A DNA stretch of 64,000 bases from Mobula hypostoma (Eukaryota). Within the stretch, counting starts at the first letter, position 1. The number at the start of each line of letters is the position of its first letter. Below the pieces are notes generated by a model. That model was not told the DNA's origin. It ran no database searches and saw only the letters and a program-made list of their open reading frames with translations. The translations under genes were made by a program, and so were the position numbers. The DNA lies in contig NC_086108.1 of assembly GCF_963921235.1 (NCBI RefSeq), positions 19,220,001-19,284,000 on the forward strand, read 5' to 3'. Shown one piece after another: positions 26,145-38,840 of this stretch.

Positions 26145-26356
26145 AGAACATAGAACAGTACAGCACAGTACAGGCCCTTTGGCTCACAATGTTGTGCCGA
26201 CCCTTAAACCCTGCCTCCCATATAACCCCCCACCTTAAAGCCATGTCCTCTTGTATTGAGCAGTGGGGCCCTGGGGAAGAGGCACTGGCTGTCTATTCCT
26301 CTTAATATCTTGTATACCTCTATCATGTCTCCTCTCATCCTCCTCCTCTCCAGAGA
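26145..26356 (-). mobile_element. CR1 3' end fragment with an internal deletion
   Basis: AGAACATAGAACAGTACAGCACAG tail; same family as 14908-15324 and 18384-18650. Confidence 0.88.
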
Positions 26357-27330
26357 ATGTTCCAGAGCTCCTGTTTTTCTGAGCTGCTGGGAACCTACAT
26401 TCCCAGGCTCCTGTCATTCAGTTCTCCTCTGCTTCTGTACTACTGTGTTTCTGAGCTCTTATGCTCCATTACATCCGAGTTGCTGTGTTCCAGTGTTCCT
26501 AAGCTCCTGATTTTCTGTCCTTCTGTGTTCCTGAGATCATGTGATCCTGTATCCTCCTCTGTTCCTGGGCTCCTTTGTTGCTGGGCTCACATCTTCCTGA
26601 GCTCCTGTCTTCCTAAGTGTGAGTGTTCCAGCACTCTTGTTTTCTGGAGCTCCCATTTTCCTGAGCTGCTTGGCTTCTGAGCTCCCATGCTCCTGCATTC
26701 CCAGAGTTTGTGTGTTCCTATGTTTTTATACTTCTGTGTACCTGAGCTTCCGTGTTTCTGCTATCCTGTATTTCTATACTGCCGTGTTTCTAAGCTCCCG
26801 TGTTCCAGTATTCCTGTGTTCTTTTACTCATGTGTTCCAGGCTCCTGTGTTCCTGAGCTATTGTGGTTCAGGCCTCCTGGTTTCCTGAGCTCCTGTGTTC
26901 CAGTACTCTTGTGTTCCCGAACTCCAGTGTTCCTACATTCCTACGTTCCTGAGCTGTTGTCTTTCTGTCCTCCTAGTTTCCTGAGCTCCTGCGTTCCTGT
27001 CTGCCCGTGTTACCGGGCTCCTTTGTCCCTGGACTCCCGTGTTTCTGAACTCCCGTGTTCCCGAGCTCGTATGCTCATGAGCTCCAGTGCTCCTGTGCTC
27101 TAGAGTTCCTTTGCTCTAGTGATTCTGTGTTCCTGAGTTCCTGTTTTTCCTGTCCTGCTATGTTCCTGAGCACTTATGTTCCAGTACCCCTGCATTCCTG
27201 AGCTCTGGAGTTCCTGCACTCCTGTGTTTCTGACCTCCTATGTTTCTGTCTTCTTGTGTACATGAGATCTGTTGCTGTCCTCCAGTGTTTCTTTCCTACT
27301 GTGTTTCTATGCTAATGTGTTCCTGAGCTC

Positions 27331-27570
27331 CTGTGTTCCAGTACGTGTGTGTTCCTGTACACCTGTGCTCCTGTGTTCCAGCACGTGTGTGTTCCTGTAC
27401 ACCTGTGCTCCTGTGTTCCAGTACGTGTGTGTTCCTGTACACCTGTGCTCCTGTGTTCCAGTACGTGTGTGTTCCTGTACGCCTGTGCTCCTGTGTTCCA
27501 GTACGTGTGTGTTCCTGTACACCAATGCTCCTGTGTTCCAGGATGTGTGTATTCCTGTACACCTGTGCTC
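27331..27570 (+). repeat. 40-bp (5x8) higher-order repeat, ~6 copies
   Basis: Unit CTGTGTTC CAGTACGT GTGTGTTC CTGTACAC CTGTGCTC. Confidence 0.93.
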
Positions 27571-28227
27571 CATTGATCCTTTGCTCCAGAGCTCTAGCTT
27601 TTCTGTCCCCCTGTGTTCATGGGCTCCTGTGTTCTTGTCACCCCGTGTTCCTGAGCTGCTGGGCTCCTGTACTCCTAGACTCTCGCATTCCCAGGCTCCT
27701 GTGTTCCTAACCTATTGTGTTCCTGGTCTCCTGTGTTCCTCAGTTTCTATGCTCCTGTCATCCTGTGTTCTGGAGCTTCTGTTCTCCCAAGCTGCTGGAC
27801 TCCTGAGCTCTTGGGCTCCTACGTTCCCATGCCTCTGTGTTTCTGATCTCCTGTGTTGCTGAGCTCCTTGTTCCTGCATTCCTGTGTTCCTGTGCTCCAG
27901 TGTGCTGGTGCTACTGTGTTCCTGACTCCTGTGTTTCTGTCATCCTGTGTTCCTGAGCTGCTGTGTTCCTTTAACCCTGTGTTCCAGAGCTTCTACTTTC
28001 CTGATCTGCTGGGTTTCTGAGCTCCCTGGCTCCTATGTTCCCAGGCTCCTGTGTTCCTGAGCTTCTGTGTTTCTGAACTCCTATGTTTCAGTCCTCCAGT
28101 GTACCTGAGCCCACCAGTTGCAGTCCACCTGTGTTTCTCTCCTACTGAGTTTCCGTACTATTATATTCCTGAGCACCTGTGTTCCTTTACCTTAGGTATT
28201 CCTGTACAACTGTGTTGCTGAGCACCG

Positions 28228-30107
28228 GTGCAAGGCTAGAACTTGCGGGTGTGAATTGGGATGATGTTTTTGCAGGCAAATGTACTATGGACATGTGGTC
28301 GATGTTTAGAGATCTCTTGCGGGATGTAAGGGATAAATTTGTCCCGGTGAGGAAGATAAAGAATGGTAGGGTGAAGGAACCATGGGTGACAAGTGATGTG
28401 GAAAATCTAGTCAGGTGGAAGAAGGCAGCATACATGAGGTTTAGGAAGCAAGGATCAGATGGGTCTATTGAGGAATACAAGGAAGCAAGAAAGGAGCTTA
28501 AGAAGGGGCTGAGAAGAGCAAGAAGGGGGCATGAGAAGGCCTTGGCGAGTAGGGTAAAGGAAAAAACCCAAGGCATTCTTCAATTATGTCAAGAACAAAA
28601 GGATGACAGGAGTGAAGGTAGAACCGATTAGAGGTAAAGGTGGGAAGATGTGCCTGGAGGCTGTGGGAGTGAGCGAGGTCCTCAATGAATATTTCTCTTC
28701 GGTATTCACCAATGAGAGGGAACTTGATGATGGTGAGGACAATATGAGTGAGGTTGATGTTCTGGAGCATGCTGATATTAAGGGAGAGGAGGTGTTGGAG
28801 TTGTTAAAGTACATTAGGACAGATGAGTCCCCGGGGCCTGACGGAATATTCCCCAGGCTGCTCCACGAGGCGAGAGAAGAGATTGCTGAGCCTCTAGCTA
28901 GGATCTTTATGTCCTCGTTGTCCACGGGAATGGTACCGGAGGATTGGAGGGAGGCGAATGTTGTTCCCTTGTTCAAAAAAGGTAGTAGGGATAGTCCGGG
29001 TAATTATAGACCAGTGAGCCTTACGTCTGTGGTGGGAAAGCTGTTGGAAAAGATTCTTAGAGATAGGATATATAGGCATTTAGAGAATAATGGTCTGATC
29101 AGGGACAGTCAGCATGGCTTTGTGAAGGGCAGATCGTGTCTAACGAGCCTGATAGAGTTCTTTGAGGAGGTGACCAGGCATATAGATGAGGGTAGTGCAG
29201 TGGATGTGATCTATATGGATTTTAGTAAGGCATTTGACGGTAGGCTTACTCAGAAAGTTAGAAGGCATGGGATCCAGGGAAGTTTGACCAGGTGGATTCA
29301 GAATTGGCTTGCCTGCAGAAGGCAGAGGGTCGTGGTGGAGGGAGTACATTCAGATTGGAGGATTGTGACTAGTGGTGTCCCACAAGGATCTGTTCTGGGA
29401 CCTCTACTTTTCGTGATTTTTATTAACGACCTGGATGTGGGGGTAGAAGGGTGGGTTGGCAAGTTTGCAGACAACACAAAGGTTGGTGGTGTTGTAGATA
29501 GTTTAGAGGATTGTCAAAGATTGCAGAGAGACATTGATAGGATGCAGAAGTGGGCTGAGAAGTGGCAGATGGAGTTCAACCCGGACAAATGTGAGGTGGT
29601 ACACTTTGGAATGGACAAACTCCAAGGCAGAGTACAAAGTAAATGGCAGGATACTTGGTAGTGTGGAGGAGCAGAGGGGTCTCAGGGTACACGTCCACAG
29701 ATCCCTGAAAGTTGCCTCGCAGGTGGATAGAGTAGTTAAGAAAGCTTATGGGGTGCTAGCTTTCATAAGTCAAGGGATAGAGTTTAAGAGTCGCGATGTA
29801 ATGATGAAGCTCTATAAAACTCTGGTTAGGCCACACTTGGAGTATTGTGTCCAGTTCTGGTCACCTCACTATAGGAAGGATGTGGAAGCATTGGAAAGGG
29901 TACAGAGGAGATTTACCAGGATGTTGCCTGGTTTAGAAAGTATGCATTATGATCAGAGATTAATGGAGCTAGGGCTTTACTCTTTGGAGAGGAGGAGGGT
30001 GAAAGGAGACATGATAGAGGTGTACAGGATAATAAGAGGAAAAGATAGAGTGGATAGCCAGCGCCTCTTCCCCAGGGCACCACTGCTCAATACAAGAGGA
30101 CATGGCT
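28228..30107 (+). mobile_element. CR1 LINE ORF2 (RT) internal fragment, frameshifted and truncated at both ends
   Basis: ORFs 28179-28631, 28603-29661 (NYRPVSLTS, QHGF, DFSKAFD, GVPQGSVLGP, KFADNTK) and 29534-30136. It stops at ...TRGHG with no 3' tail. Confidence 0.95.
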
Positions 30108-31723
30108 GCACTGTTCCTGTGATCCAGTGCTCCTGAGCTCCTGTGTTTCTGTATTCTTCAGCTCCTGTGTTCCAGATTTTATGTGTCCCTGTGTTTCTGT
30201 TTTCCCATGTTCCTGCACTCCTATGTTCTGAAACTCATGTTTCCCTAAGCTGCTGACACCTGATCCCTGGGCTCCTGCATAGTCTTCTGGATCTCCTGTG
30301 TTTCTGTCTTCCTGTGGCCTTGAGCTCTTGGCTTTCTGTCTTCTTGTGTTTCTGTACTTCTGTGTTCCTGAGCTGCTGGGCTCCTGAGCTCCTGCACTCC
30401 TGTGTTCCCAGGTTCCTACGTTTCTGATCTCTTGTGTTCCAAACCCATATTCCCAAGCTCCTGTATTCCTGAGCTCCTGTGTTCCTGGGCTCCTGTGTTT
30501 CACTTCTACTGTGTTCTTGGGCTCCTGTGTTCCTTTACACCTGTGTTGTTGAGCACTTCTGTTCTGGCACACCTGTGTTCCTGCCCTGCACTCTAGTGAT
30601 CCTGTGCTCTAGTGTTTCTGACCTCCCGTGTTCCTGTGCTCCAAAGCTCTGGTGCTCAGAGCTGCTGAGCTCCCATTCCCTTGTGTTCCTGGGCAAGTGT
30701 ACCCTGTTCTCCAGTTTTCACGTACTCTTGAGCTCCTATGTTTTTGACTCACTGTATTCCAGAGCTCCTGTGTTCCTGAGACCCTGTGTTCCTGAGCTCC
30801 TGTCTTCCTTAGTTGCTGAGCACCCAGGTTCCCAAACTTGTGTTTCTGTCCTCCTGTCTTGCCGAACTCCTGTGTTCCTGCATATCTGTACTGCTGTGTT
30901 GCTAATATCTTTTGTTCCTGAGCTCCTGTGTTCCTTATTTCTCATGTTCCCGAGCTACCATTTTCCAGAGCTCCCGTGTTCCGGATCTCCCATATTCCTG
31001 TTCCTGGGCTCCTGGTCTCATGAGCTCCTGTCCTCCTGTGATCCTGGCCTCCTATGTTCCTTGTCTCCTGTGTTCCTGAGCTCCTGTCTTTCTGAGTTCC
31101 AGTGTCTGCCAGCTCCTGTGGCCCTGGGCTCCTGAGTCCTCAGGCCCCTGTGTTTCAGAGCTCCTGTGTTCCGGTGTTCCTGAGCTTCTGTGATTCTGGA
31201 CTCCTTTTATCCCGAGCTTCTTTGTCCTGAGTTCCTGGGCTTCAGTGTTTCTGGGATCCCACCCCTGCATCCCTAGCCTCCTGTGTTCTGGTACTCATCT
31301 GTTCCTGTGTTCCAACTCTCCTGTGTTCCTGTCCTCCTGTGCTACCTAGTTCCTGTGTTACTGTGTTCCAGTCTTCCCAGGTTCCTGATCTCCCGTGTTC
31401 CTGAGCTCCTGTCTCGCCGAGATCCTCTCTTCTCAAGCTCCTGAGCTCCGTGTTTCTTTACTCCTATCTTCTTTAGCTCCTGTGTTCCTGTCTTCCTGTC
31501 CCTGAACTCCTGGGTTCCAGTGTTGTTTGGCTCCCGAGCTCCCGAAGCTGCTGAGATCCTATTTCCTGGGCTCCTGAGCTCCTGTATTCCCGTCCTCCTG
31601 AGTTTGAGCTCCTGTGTTGGGGCACTGCTGTGCTCCAGAGCTCCTATGTTATCGTGCTCTTGTCTTCCTGAGTTCCTGATCTCCCATGTTCCTGAGTGCC
31701 CGTGTTCCTGTGCTCCTGTGTCC

Positions 31724-32688
31724 CATAGAAACATAGAAACATAGAAAATAGGTGCAGGAGTAGGCCATTCGGCCCTTCGAGCCTGCACCGCCATTTATTA
31801 TGATCATGGCTGATCATCTAACTCAGAACCCAGCCTTCCCTCCATACCCCCTGACCCCTGTAGCCACAAGGGCCATATCTAACTTCCTTTTAAACATAGC
31901 TAATGAACTGGCCTCAACAGTTTGCTGTGGCAGAGAATTCCACAGATTCACCACTCTCTGTGTGAAGAAGTTTTTCCTAATCTCGGTCCTAAAAGGCTTC
32001 CCCTCTATCCTCAAACTGTGACCCCTCGTTCTGGACCTCCCCAACATCGGGAACAATCTTCCCGCATCCAGCCTGTCCAATCCCCTTAGGATCTTATACG
32101 TTTCAATCAGATCCCCCCTCAATCTTCTAAATTCCAACGAGTACAAGCCCAGTTCATCCAGTCTTTCTTCATATGAAAGACCTGCCATCCCAGGAATCAA
32201 TCTGGTGAACCTTCTTTGTACTCCCTCTATGGCAAAGATGTCTTTCCTCAGATTAGGGGACCAAAACTGCACACAATACTCCAGGTGTGGTCTCACCAAG
32301 GCCTTGTACAACTGCAGTAGTACCTCCCTGCTCCTGTACTCGAATCCTCTCGCTATAAATGCCAGCATACCGTTCGCCTTTTTCACCGCCTGCTGTACCT
32401 GCATGCCCACTTTCAATGACTGGTGTATAATGACACCCAGGTCTTGTTGCACCTCCCCTTTTCCTAATCGGCCACCATTCAGATAATAATCTGTTTTCCT
32501 ATTTTTGCCACCAAAGTGGATAACTTCACATTTATCCACATTAAATTGCATCTGCCATGTGTTTGCCCACTCACCCAACCTATCCAAGTCACCCTGCATC
32601 CTCTTAGCATCCTCCTCACTGCTAACACTGCCACCCAGCTTCGTGTCATCCGCAAACTTGGAGATGCTGCATTTAATTCCCTCATACA
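31724..32688 (-). mobile_element. 5'-truncated CR1 LINE with (TTTCTATG)n tail and TSD
   Basis: ORF 31823-32689 (KFADDTKLG...RPHLEYCVQFWSP). TGTCCCAT occurs at 31719-31726 and 32689-32696. Confidence 0.95.
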
Positions 32689-33068
32689 TGTCCCATGTCC
32701 CTCTTCTCCCATCTTCCGGAGATCCAGGGCTCCTGACTTCCTAGAATCCAGTATTCCTGGGCTTATGAGCTCCTGTGATGCTTTATTATGTTCTCCGACA
32801 GCTGTTCTCCCTCCTGTGCTTCCGTGCTGCTGTCATCCCAAGTGCCTGATCCCTGTGTTCCTGAACTGCTGCATTCTAGATCTCCCGTGTCCCTATGTGC
32901 CTATGTTCCTGTGTCCCTGTATTCCTGGGCTCCTGTGCCCCTGAGCTCCTGTGCCCATGAGCACTTGGGCTACTGAGTCTCTGAGCTCTCGTGTTCTTGT
33001 ACTCCTCTGCTCCTGTGCCATTTGCTCTTGAGTTCCTGTGCTGCTGTTCCAGAGCTTCTGTGCCCCAA

Positions 33069-33961
33069 GACAGCCGACCTCCTTGTTCATCATGCCTTCC
33101 ACCTTCATGGTATTCCCTCTGACATTATTTCTGACCAGGGTGCCCAATTCATCTCTCAGGTCTGGAAATCCTTTTGTCAAGCCCTTGGAGCCTCAGTAAA
33201 CCTGTCTTCCAGCTTCCATCCGCAGACTAATGGTCAAACAGAATGAGGAAACCAGGATTTGGAAGCAGCACCGTGCTGCATAACCGCCAACAACCCCTCA
33301 TCCTGGAGCACCCATCTTGTTTGGGTTGAGTACGCCTACAACTCCCTGGTCAGCACCACCACCGGAATGTCTCCCTTCGAATGCTCCCTCGGTAACCAAC
33401 TCCCTCTGTTTCCCACACATGAAGATGACATTGCTGTGCCTTCTGTTCAGTCCCATCTCCGCCGGTGCTGCAAGATCTGGAAGGATGCACGTGTGGCCCT
33501 GCTCCGCTCAGCCAACCGCAACCAGAGGATTGCCAATTGCCATCGAATTCCTGCACCAAATTATCAGCTTGGGCAGAAGGTTCGGCTCTCGTCAAAAGAC
33601 ATCCCCCTCAAGAATGAATCCAAGAAACTTGCCCCTCACTACCTGGGACCACTCGAGATTGAGAGTGTCATCAACCCCTCAGTGGTCAGACTCAAACTGC
33701 CCGGATCCATTCACATTCATCCCGTGTTCCACATCTCTCAATTGAAACCTGTATTTGTCAGCCCTTTGTGCCCTCCTGCCAAATCCCCTCCACTCTCCAG
33801 TACCTGGTCAATTGGGAGAGATATGGCCCGGAGGAACACTCCTGGATTCCCTGCTCCTTCAGCCTGGACCCTTCCCTCCTCCGTGATTTCCATCGAGATA
33901 ATACGGACAGGCCTGGTGGTTCGCCTGGAGACTCCCGTTGGGGGGGGGGGGTTGTGGGTAT
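33069..33961 (+). mobile_element. 3' part (integrase core, GPY/F, chromodomain remnant, PPT) of a duplicate copy of the adjacent Gypsy element
   Basis: Aligns with ~37484-38437; G-rich PPT at 33940-33958 directly precedes the LTR. Confidence 0.92.
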
Positions 33962-34378
33962 TGTTACGGTCCCGATCGTTAATTCCCTATCTTTCTCCTA
34001 ATTTCCTTTGATTATTTCCTTTGATTATGCCACGGTTCCGACTGTTAATTTCCCATTTGCTTCTAATTCTCTTTGATGACGGAACACCCGGTTTCCATCA
34101 AGGCCTGCAGCATAAGAACCCCAGCATTACAACCACTCATCGCCAGATCGTTGGTTTTGCCTGTGTGGTAATTAATGTTTCCCGGCCGCTTAGGACCGTG
34201 TGTTCTAAGTTTTGCTCCAGTTTCAAGATTTACCTGTGAAACTCCGTCTCTCCATGTCAAGGCTCTGTGTCAAGATCCCTCCTGTTTGCTGTCCAACGTT
34301 CACGTCCGCGTAAGTATCCTAACTCACCTCCGTGCCTGTGTCCTGCACTTGGGTTCGCTTCACTCGCTCATTGCAACA
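33962..34378 (+). mobile_element. Gypsy LTR (shared between the two copies)
   Basis: TGTTAC...GCAACA termini; aligns with 38438-38840; TATA-like CATAAGAA at 34111. Confidence 0.9.
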
Positions 34379-34395
34379 GAACGATCTGGCCACAA

Positions 34396-37300
34396 TGGAC
34401 ACAGTGGACACGAATACCCTGCAACAAGCCCTCCCCAGCCAGAGCTCCCTACTGGATCTGCACAATCAACTTCTCCAGGATGTCTTCGAGAACCTCCATT
34501 CTCTATCTGCTAATGTAACGAAGATCGGTGACCAGGTGGACTGTGTATCCACTCATTTTACCCCATCCACTCCTGGAACTCTGTCTAACCAGCCCAGACA
34601 GCCTGTAGAGGCAACCCCCTCTGTGTCGGTAACACCCCTGCCAAGAGAGCCGCACGTATCTGAACCAGAACACTACGCTGGAGATTTGGGGAAATGCCGG
34701 GCCTTCCTTCTGCAATGCTCCTTGATGTTCAAACAGCAGTCATCCACGTACTCCACGGATAAGTCAAAGATAGCTTATATCACGGGGTTGTTGCGGGGAA
34801 GTGCCTTAGTGCGGGCTATAGCTGTTTGGGATAATCAACCGGATATCTGCTCTTCTTTCCCCACCTTTATCGCGGAAATGAGAAAGACCGTTGACCACCC
34901 AATCCATGGTAAAGATGCCGCTAAGCAACTACTCACTCTCCATCAGGGCTCACGCAGTGTTGCCGAATATTCTGTGGAGTTCCAGACATTAGCAGCCGAC
35001 TCGGGGTGGAACGATGAGGCACTCCGAGGGGTATTTCAGAATGGTCTCAGTGACGTGGTGAAAGACGAGTTGGCGACAAAAGATGACACCGACAGCCTGG
35101 ATTGCTAGATCTCCCTAGCCACCAGGTTGGACAATCGTCTTCGAGAACGCCATAGGGAAAGAACTGGTCGACCACCACCTTTGGCCATGGCACTCTTTAC
35201 TGTCTCCCACCTGCACAAGTCTCTCTTCTCCTCCTGCTCCTAGAATAGCTCCCAGCCCGGCCGTTTTCACCGCCCTAGGACAGGAACCCATGCAGCTAGG
35301 ACAGAACCGTCTTTCTCCCACAGAGCGACTCCGGAGTTTGGAAGCGGGGAAGTGTCTCTATTGCGGCCAGTCCGGCCACTTCTGTGCTACCTGTCCCCTT
35401 TGGCCAAAAGGGAAGGCTCACCAGTAGAAAGGAGGACCCTGGTGAGCCAGACAACATTCCCTTCCGTCCCCCGAACCCGGATGCAAATCCAAGCTACTTT
35501 ACGTTACAACCAACAGTCCCTGCCTCTGTCAGCTCTAGTGGCTCCGGCGCTGAGGGAAACCTTTTGGATGAAAACATAGCTTCCCGGACCGGAATTCCTC
35601 TGGAAGCCCGGGCACTGGACAGTAGACTCCTGGCCCGAGTCACACACTGCAAACTACCCCTGTCTCTTATTCTCTCCCAGAACCATTGGGAGCAGGTACG
35701 ATTTAACCTAATTTGCTCTTCTCAAGCTCCTATGGTTCTTGGGTACCCCTGGTTAAGCCGCCATAATCCCCATATTGACTGGTCCACCAGGAAGATAGTC
35801 AGCTGGAGTCCGTTCTGGCACTCCACTTTCCCCTGTGAAAGTCACCGTGACCTCGTCTGCCGCTGAAACCGCTGACTTATCCAAGGTTCCAGCAGAGTAT
35901 CATGATCTGGGAGAAGCTTTTAGCAAACAATGGGCTCTTTCCCTGCCTCCACACCGCCCTTACGATTGCGCAATTGACCTTCTGCCTGGAGTCCCTCTAC
36001 CTATCAGTCAGCTGTATAACTTGTCCCGGCCTGAAAGGGAGGAAATTACCTAAATGACTCTCTCACAGCGGGCATTATCCGACATTCATCTTCCCCCGTA
36101 GATGCAGATTTCTTCTTTGTGGGGAAGAAACACGGCTCACTGCACCCCTGCATTGACTACCGGGCCTGAATAGCATAACCATAAAGAATAAGTATCAACT
36201 GCCCCTTATCAACTCTGCTTTCGAAACCCTTCACGGAGCCACCATCTTCTCTAAGTTGGACCTACGAAGTGCCTACCACCTGATCAGGATAAGGGAGGGA
36301 GATGAGTGGAAAACAGTTTTTAACACCCCTCTTGGTCACTTCGAATACCTGGTCATGCCATTCGGTCTCACCAATGCCACCATGTCCGTCAGGTTCTACA
36401 GAGGTTTTGGGAGAACACACTATTCGTGAAGGATGAAAAGTGCAAGTTTCATGTCCCTTCTGTCAGTTTCTTAGGGTACATCATCGAGAGTGGGCAAGTG
36501 AGGGCAGATCCCGAAAAGATCCGGGCGGTGACGGAATGGCCAAAACCCATAACACTCAAGCAACTCAAGCAATTTCAGAGTTTTGCAAACTTTTATTGTC
36601 ACTTCATCAAGGATTACAGCCGGGTGGCAGCGCCCCTTACTTGACTCACATCTCCTACGACCCCTTTTCACTGGGACCCCGAAGCGGACTCAGCCTTCTC
36701 GGAGCTGAGAAGCGTTTCACCTCCGCTCCCATCCTGGTCCAACCAGACCTCTCTCGTCAGTTTATTGTGGAAGTTGATGCCTCCAACTCTGGGGTGGGAG
36801 CGGTCCTCTCCCAACGCTCCAACCCAGACCAAAAGCCCTATCCCTGTGCCTTCTTTTCTCGCCGGCTATCCCCGCCGAACGGAACTACGACGTAGGGAAC
36901 TGGGAGTTACTGGCCATCAAACTCGCTTTGGAGAAGTGGAGGCACTGGCTGGAGGAAGCGGAACATCCATTTATCGTCTGGACAGATCACAAGAATCTCG
37001 CATACATCCAAACCACAAAACGCCTGAGTTCCCGCCAAGCCCACTGGGCATTATTTTTTGGCTGTTTCAGATTCACACTCACCTGTCGTCGGGGGTCCAA
37101 GAACGGGAAGCCCGATGCTCTCTCCCGTCAATACGTCTCCAAGGTGGGCCTTCCCAACCCTGAGACCATCCTTCTGCCATCCCGGAATCGATCGAACTCT
37201 GTCCCTTTTGAAGAGACATTTCTGGTGGCCCTCCATGGATGCTGACACCCATTCCTTCGTCTCTGCCTGTTCTGTTTGTGCCTGCGGAAAAGCCTCCCAC

Positions 37301-38437
37301 CGACCACCTGCTGGGTTGCTTTGTCCCCTAACTGTCCCTAGCTGCCCTTGGTCGCACATTGCGCTGGATTTTGTTACTGGGCAACCCACTTCACATCGGA
37401 ACACTGCCGTACTCATCGTGGTGGGCTGCTTCTCCAAAGCTCTGCATTTCGTAACCGTTCCCAAACTCCTTACAGCCTGTGAAACAGCCAACATCCTTGT
37501 TCATCACGCCTTCCACCTTCATGGTATTCCCTCTGACATTATTTCTGACCAGGGTGCCCAATTCATCTCTCAGGTCTGGAAATCCTTTTGTCAAGCCCTT
37601 GGAGCCTCAGTAAACCTGTCTTCCGGCTTCCATCCACAGACTAATGGTCAAACAGAATGAGCAAACCAGGATTTGGAAGCAGCAATGCGCTGCATAACCG
37701 CCAACAACTCGTCATCCTGGAGCACCCATCTTGTTTGGGTTGAGTACGCCCACAACTCCCTGGTCAGCACCACCACCGGAATGTCTCCCTTTGAATGCTC
37801 CCTCGGTTACTAACCCCCTCTGTTTCCCACACATGAAGATGACATTGTTCTGTTCAAGCCCATCTCCACCGGTGCCACAAGATCTGGAAGGATGCACATG
37901 TGGCCCTGCTCCACTCAGCCGACCGCAACCGGAGGATTGCCAATTGCCATTGAATTCCTGCACCAAATTATCGGTCTGGGCAGAAGGTTTGGCTCTTGTC
38001 AAAAGACATCCCCCTCAAGAATGAATCCAAGAAACTCGCCCCTCGCTACCTGGGGCCACTCGAGATTGAATGTGTCATCAGCCCCTCGGTGGTCAGACTG
38101 AAACTGCCCGGATCCATGCACATTCATCCCACGTTCCACATCTCTCAATTGAAACCTGTATTTGTCAGCCCTTTGTGCCCTCCTGCCAAATCCCCTCCAC
38201 CCGCCCGGATCGTTGACGACCACCCAGTGTATACCGTCCAGCGAACACTGGATGTGCACCGCCGAGGCAGGGGCCTCCAGTACCTGGTCGATTGGGAGGG
38301 ATACAGCCCGGAGGAACGCTCCTGGATTCCCCGTTCCTTCATTTCTTCCCTCCTCCATGACTTCCATCGAGACAATACGGACAGGCCTGGTGGTTCGCCT
38401 GGAGACACCCGTTGGGGTGGGGGGGGGTTGTGGGTAT
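34396..38437 (+). pseudogene. Defective gag-pol of a sushi/Tf1-type chromodomain Ty3/Gypsy retrotransposon
   Basis: Capsid (QGSRSVAEYSVEF), zinc knuckle CLYCGQSGHFCATC (~35353), frameshifted protease (ALV/SGAEGN), RT ([17 protein letters not shown], with the YxDD region deleted near 36380), RNase H ([14 protein letters not shown]), integrase ([23 protein letters not shown]), chromodomain ([22 protein letters not shown]). Multiple stops and frameshifts. Confidence 0.93.
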
Positions 38438-38840
38438 TGTTATGGTCCCGATCGTTAATTCCCTATCTTTCTCCTAATTTCCTTTGATTGTGCCACAGTT
38501 CCAACCGTTAATTTCCCATTTGCTTCTAATTCTCTTTGATGACGGAACACCTGGTTTCCATCAAGACCTGCAGCATAAGAACCCCAGCATTACAACCACT
38601 AGTCACCAGATTGTTGGTTTTGCCTGTGTGGTAATTAACGTTTCCCGGCCGCTTAGGACCGTGTGTTCTAAGTTTTGCTCCGGTTTCAAGATTTACCTAT
38701 GAAACTCCATCTCTCTGTGTCAAGGCTCCGCGTCAAGATCCCTCCTGTTTGCTGTTCAACGTTCACGTCTGCCTAAGCTTCCTAACTCATCTCCGTGCCT
38801 GTGTCCTGCACTTGGTTTTGCTTCATTTGCTCATTGCAAC
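38438..38840 (+). mobile_element. Gypsy 3' LTR
   Basis: Direct repeat of 33962-34378; preceded by a G-rich PPT at 38414-38434. Confidence 0.92.

Noticed and set aside
34332..38487. Domesticated PEG10/RTL1-like gene
   Set aside because: Same Gypsy lineage, but it is flanked by LTRs, has stops and frameshifts, and its RT core is deleted; it is a dead retrotransposon.
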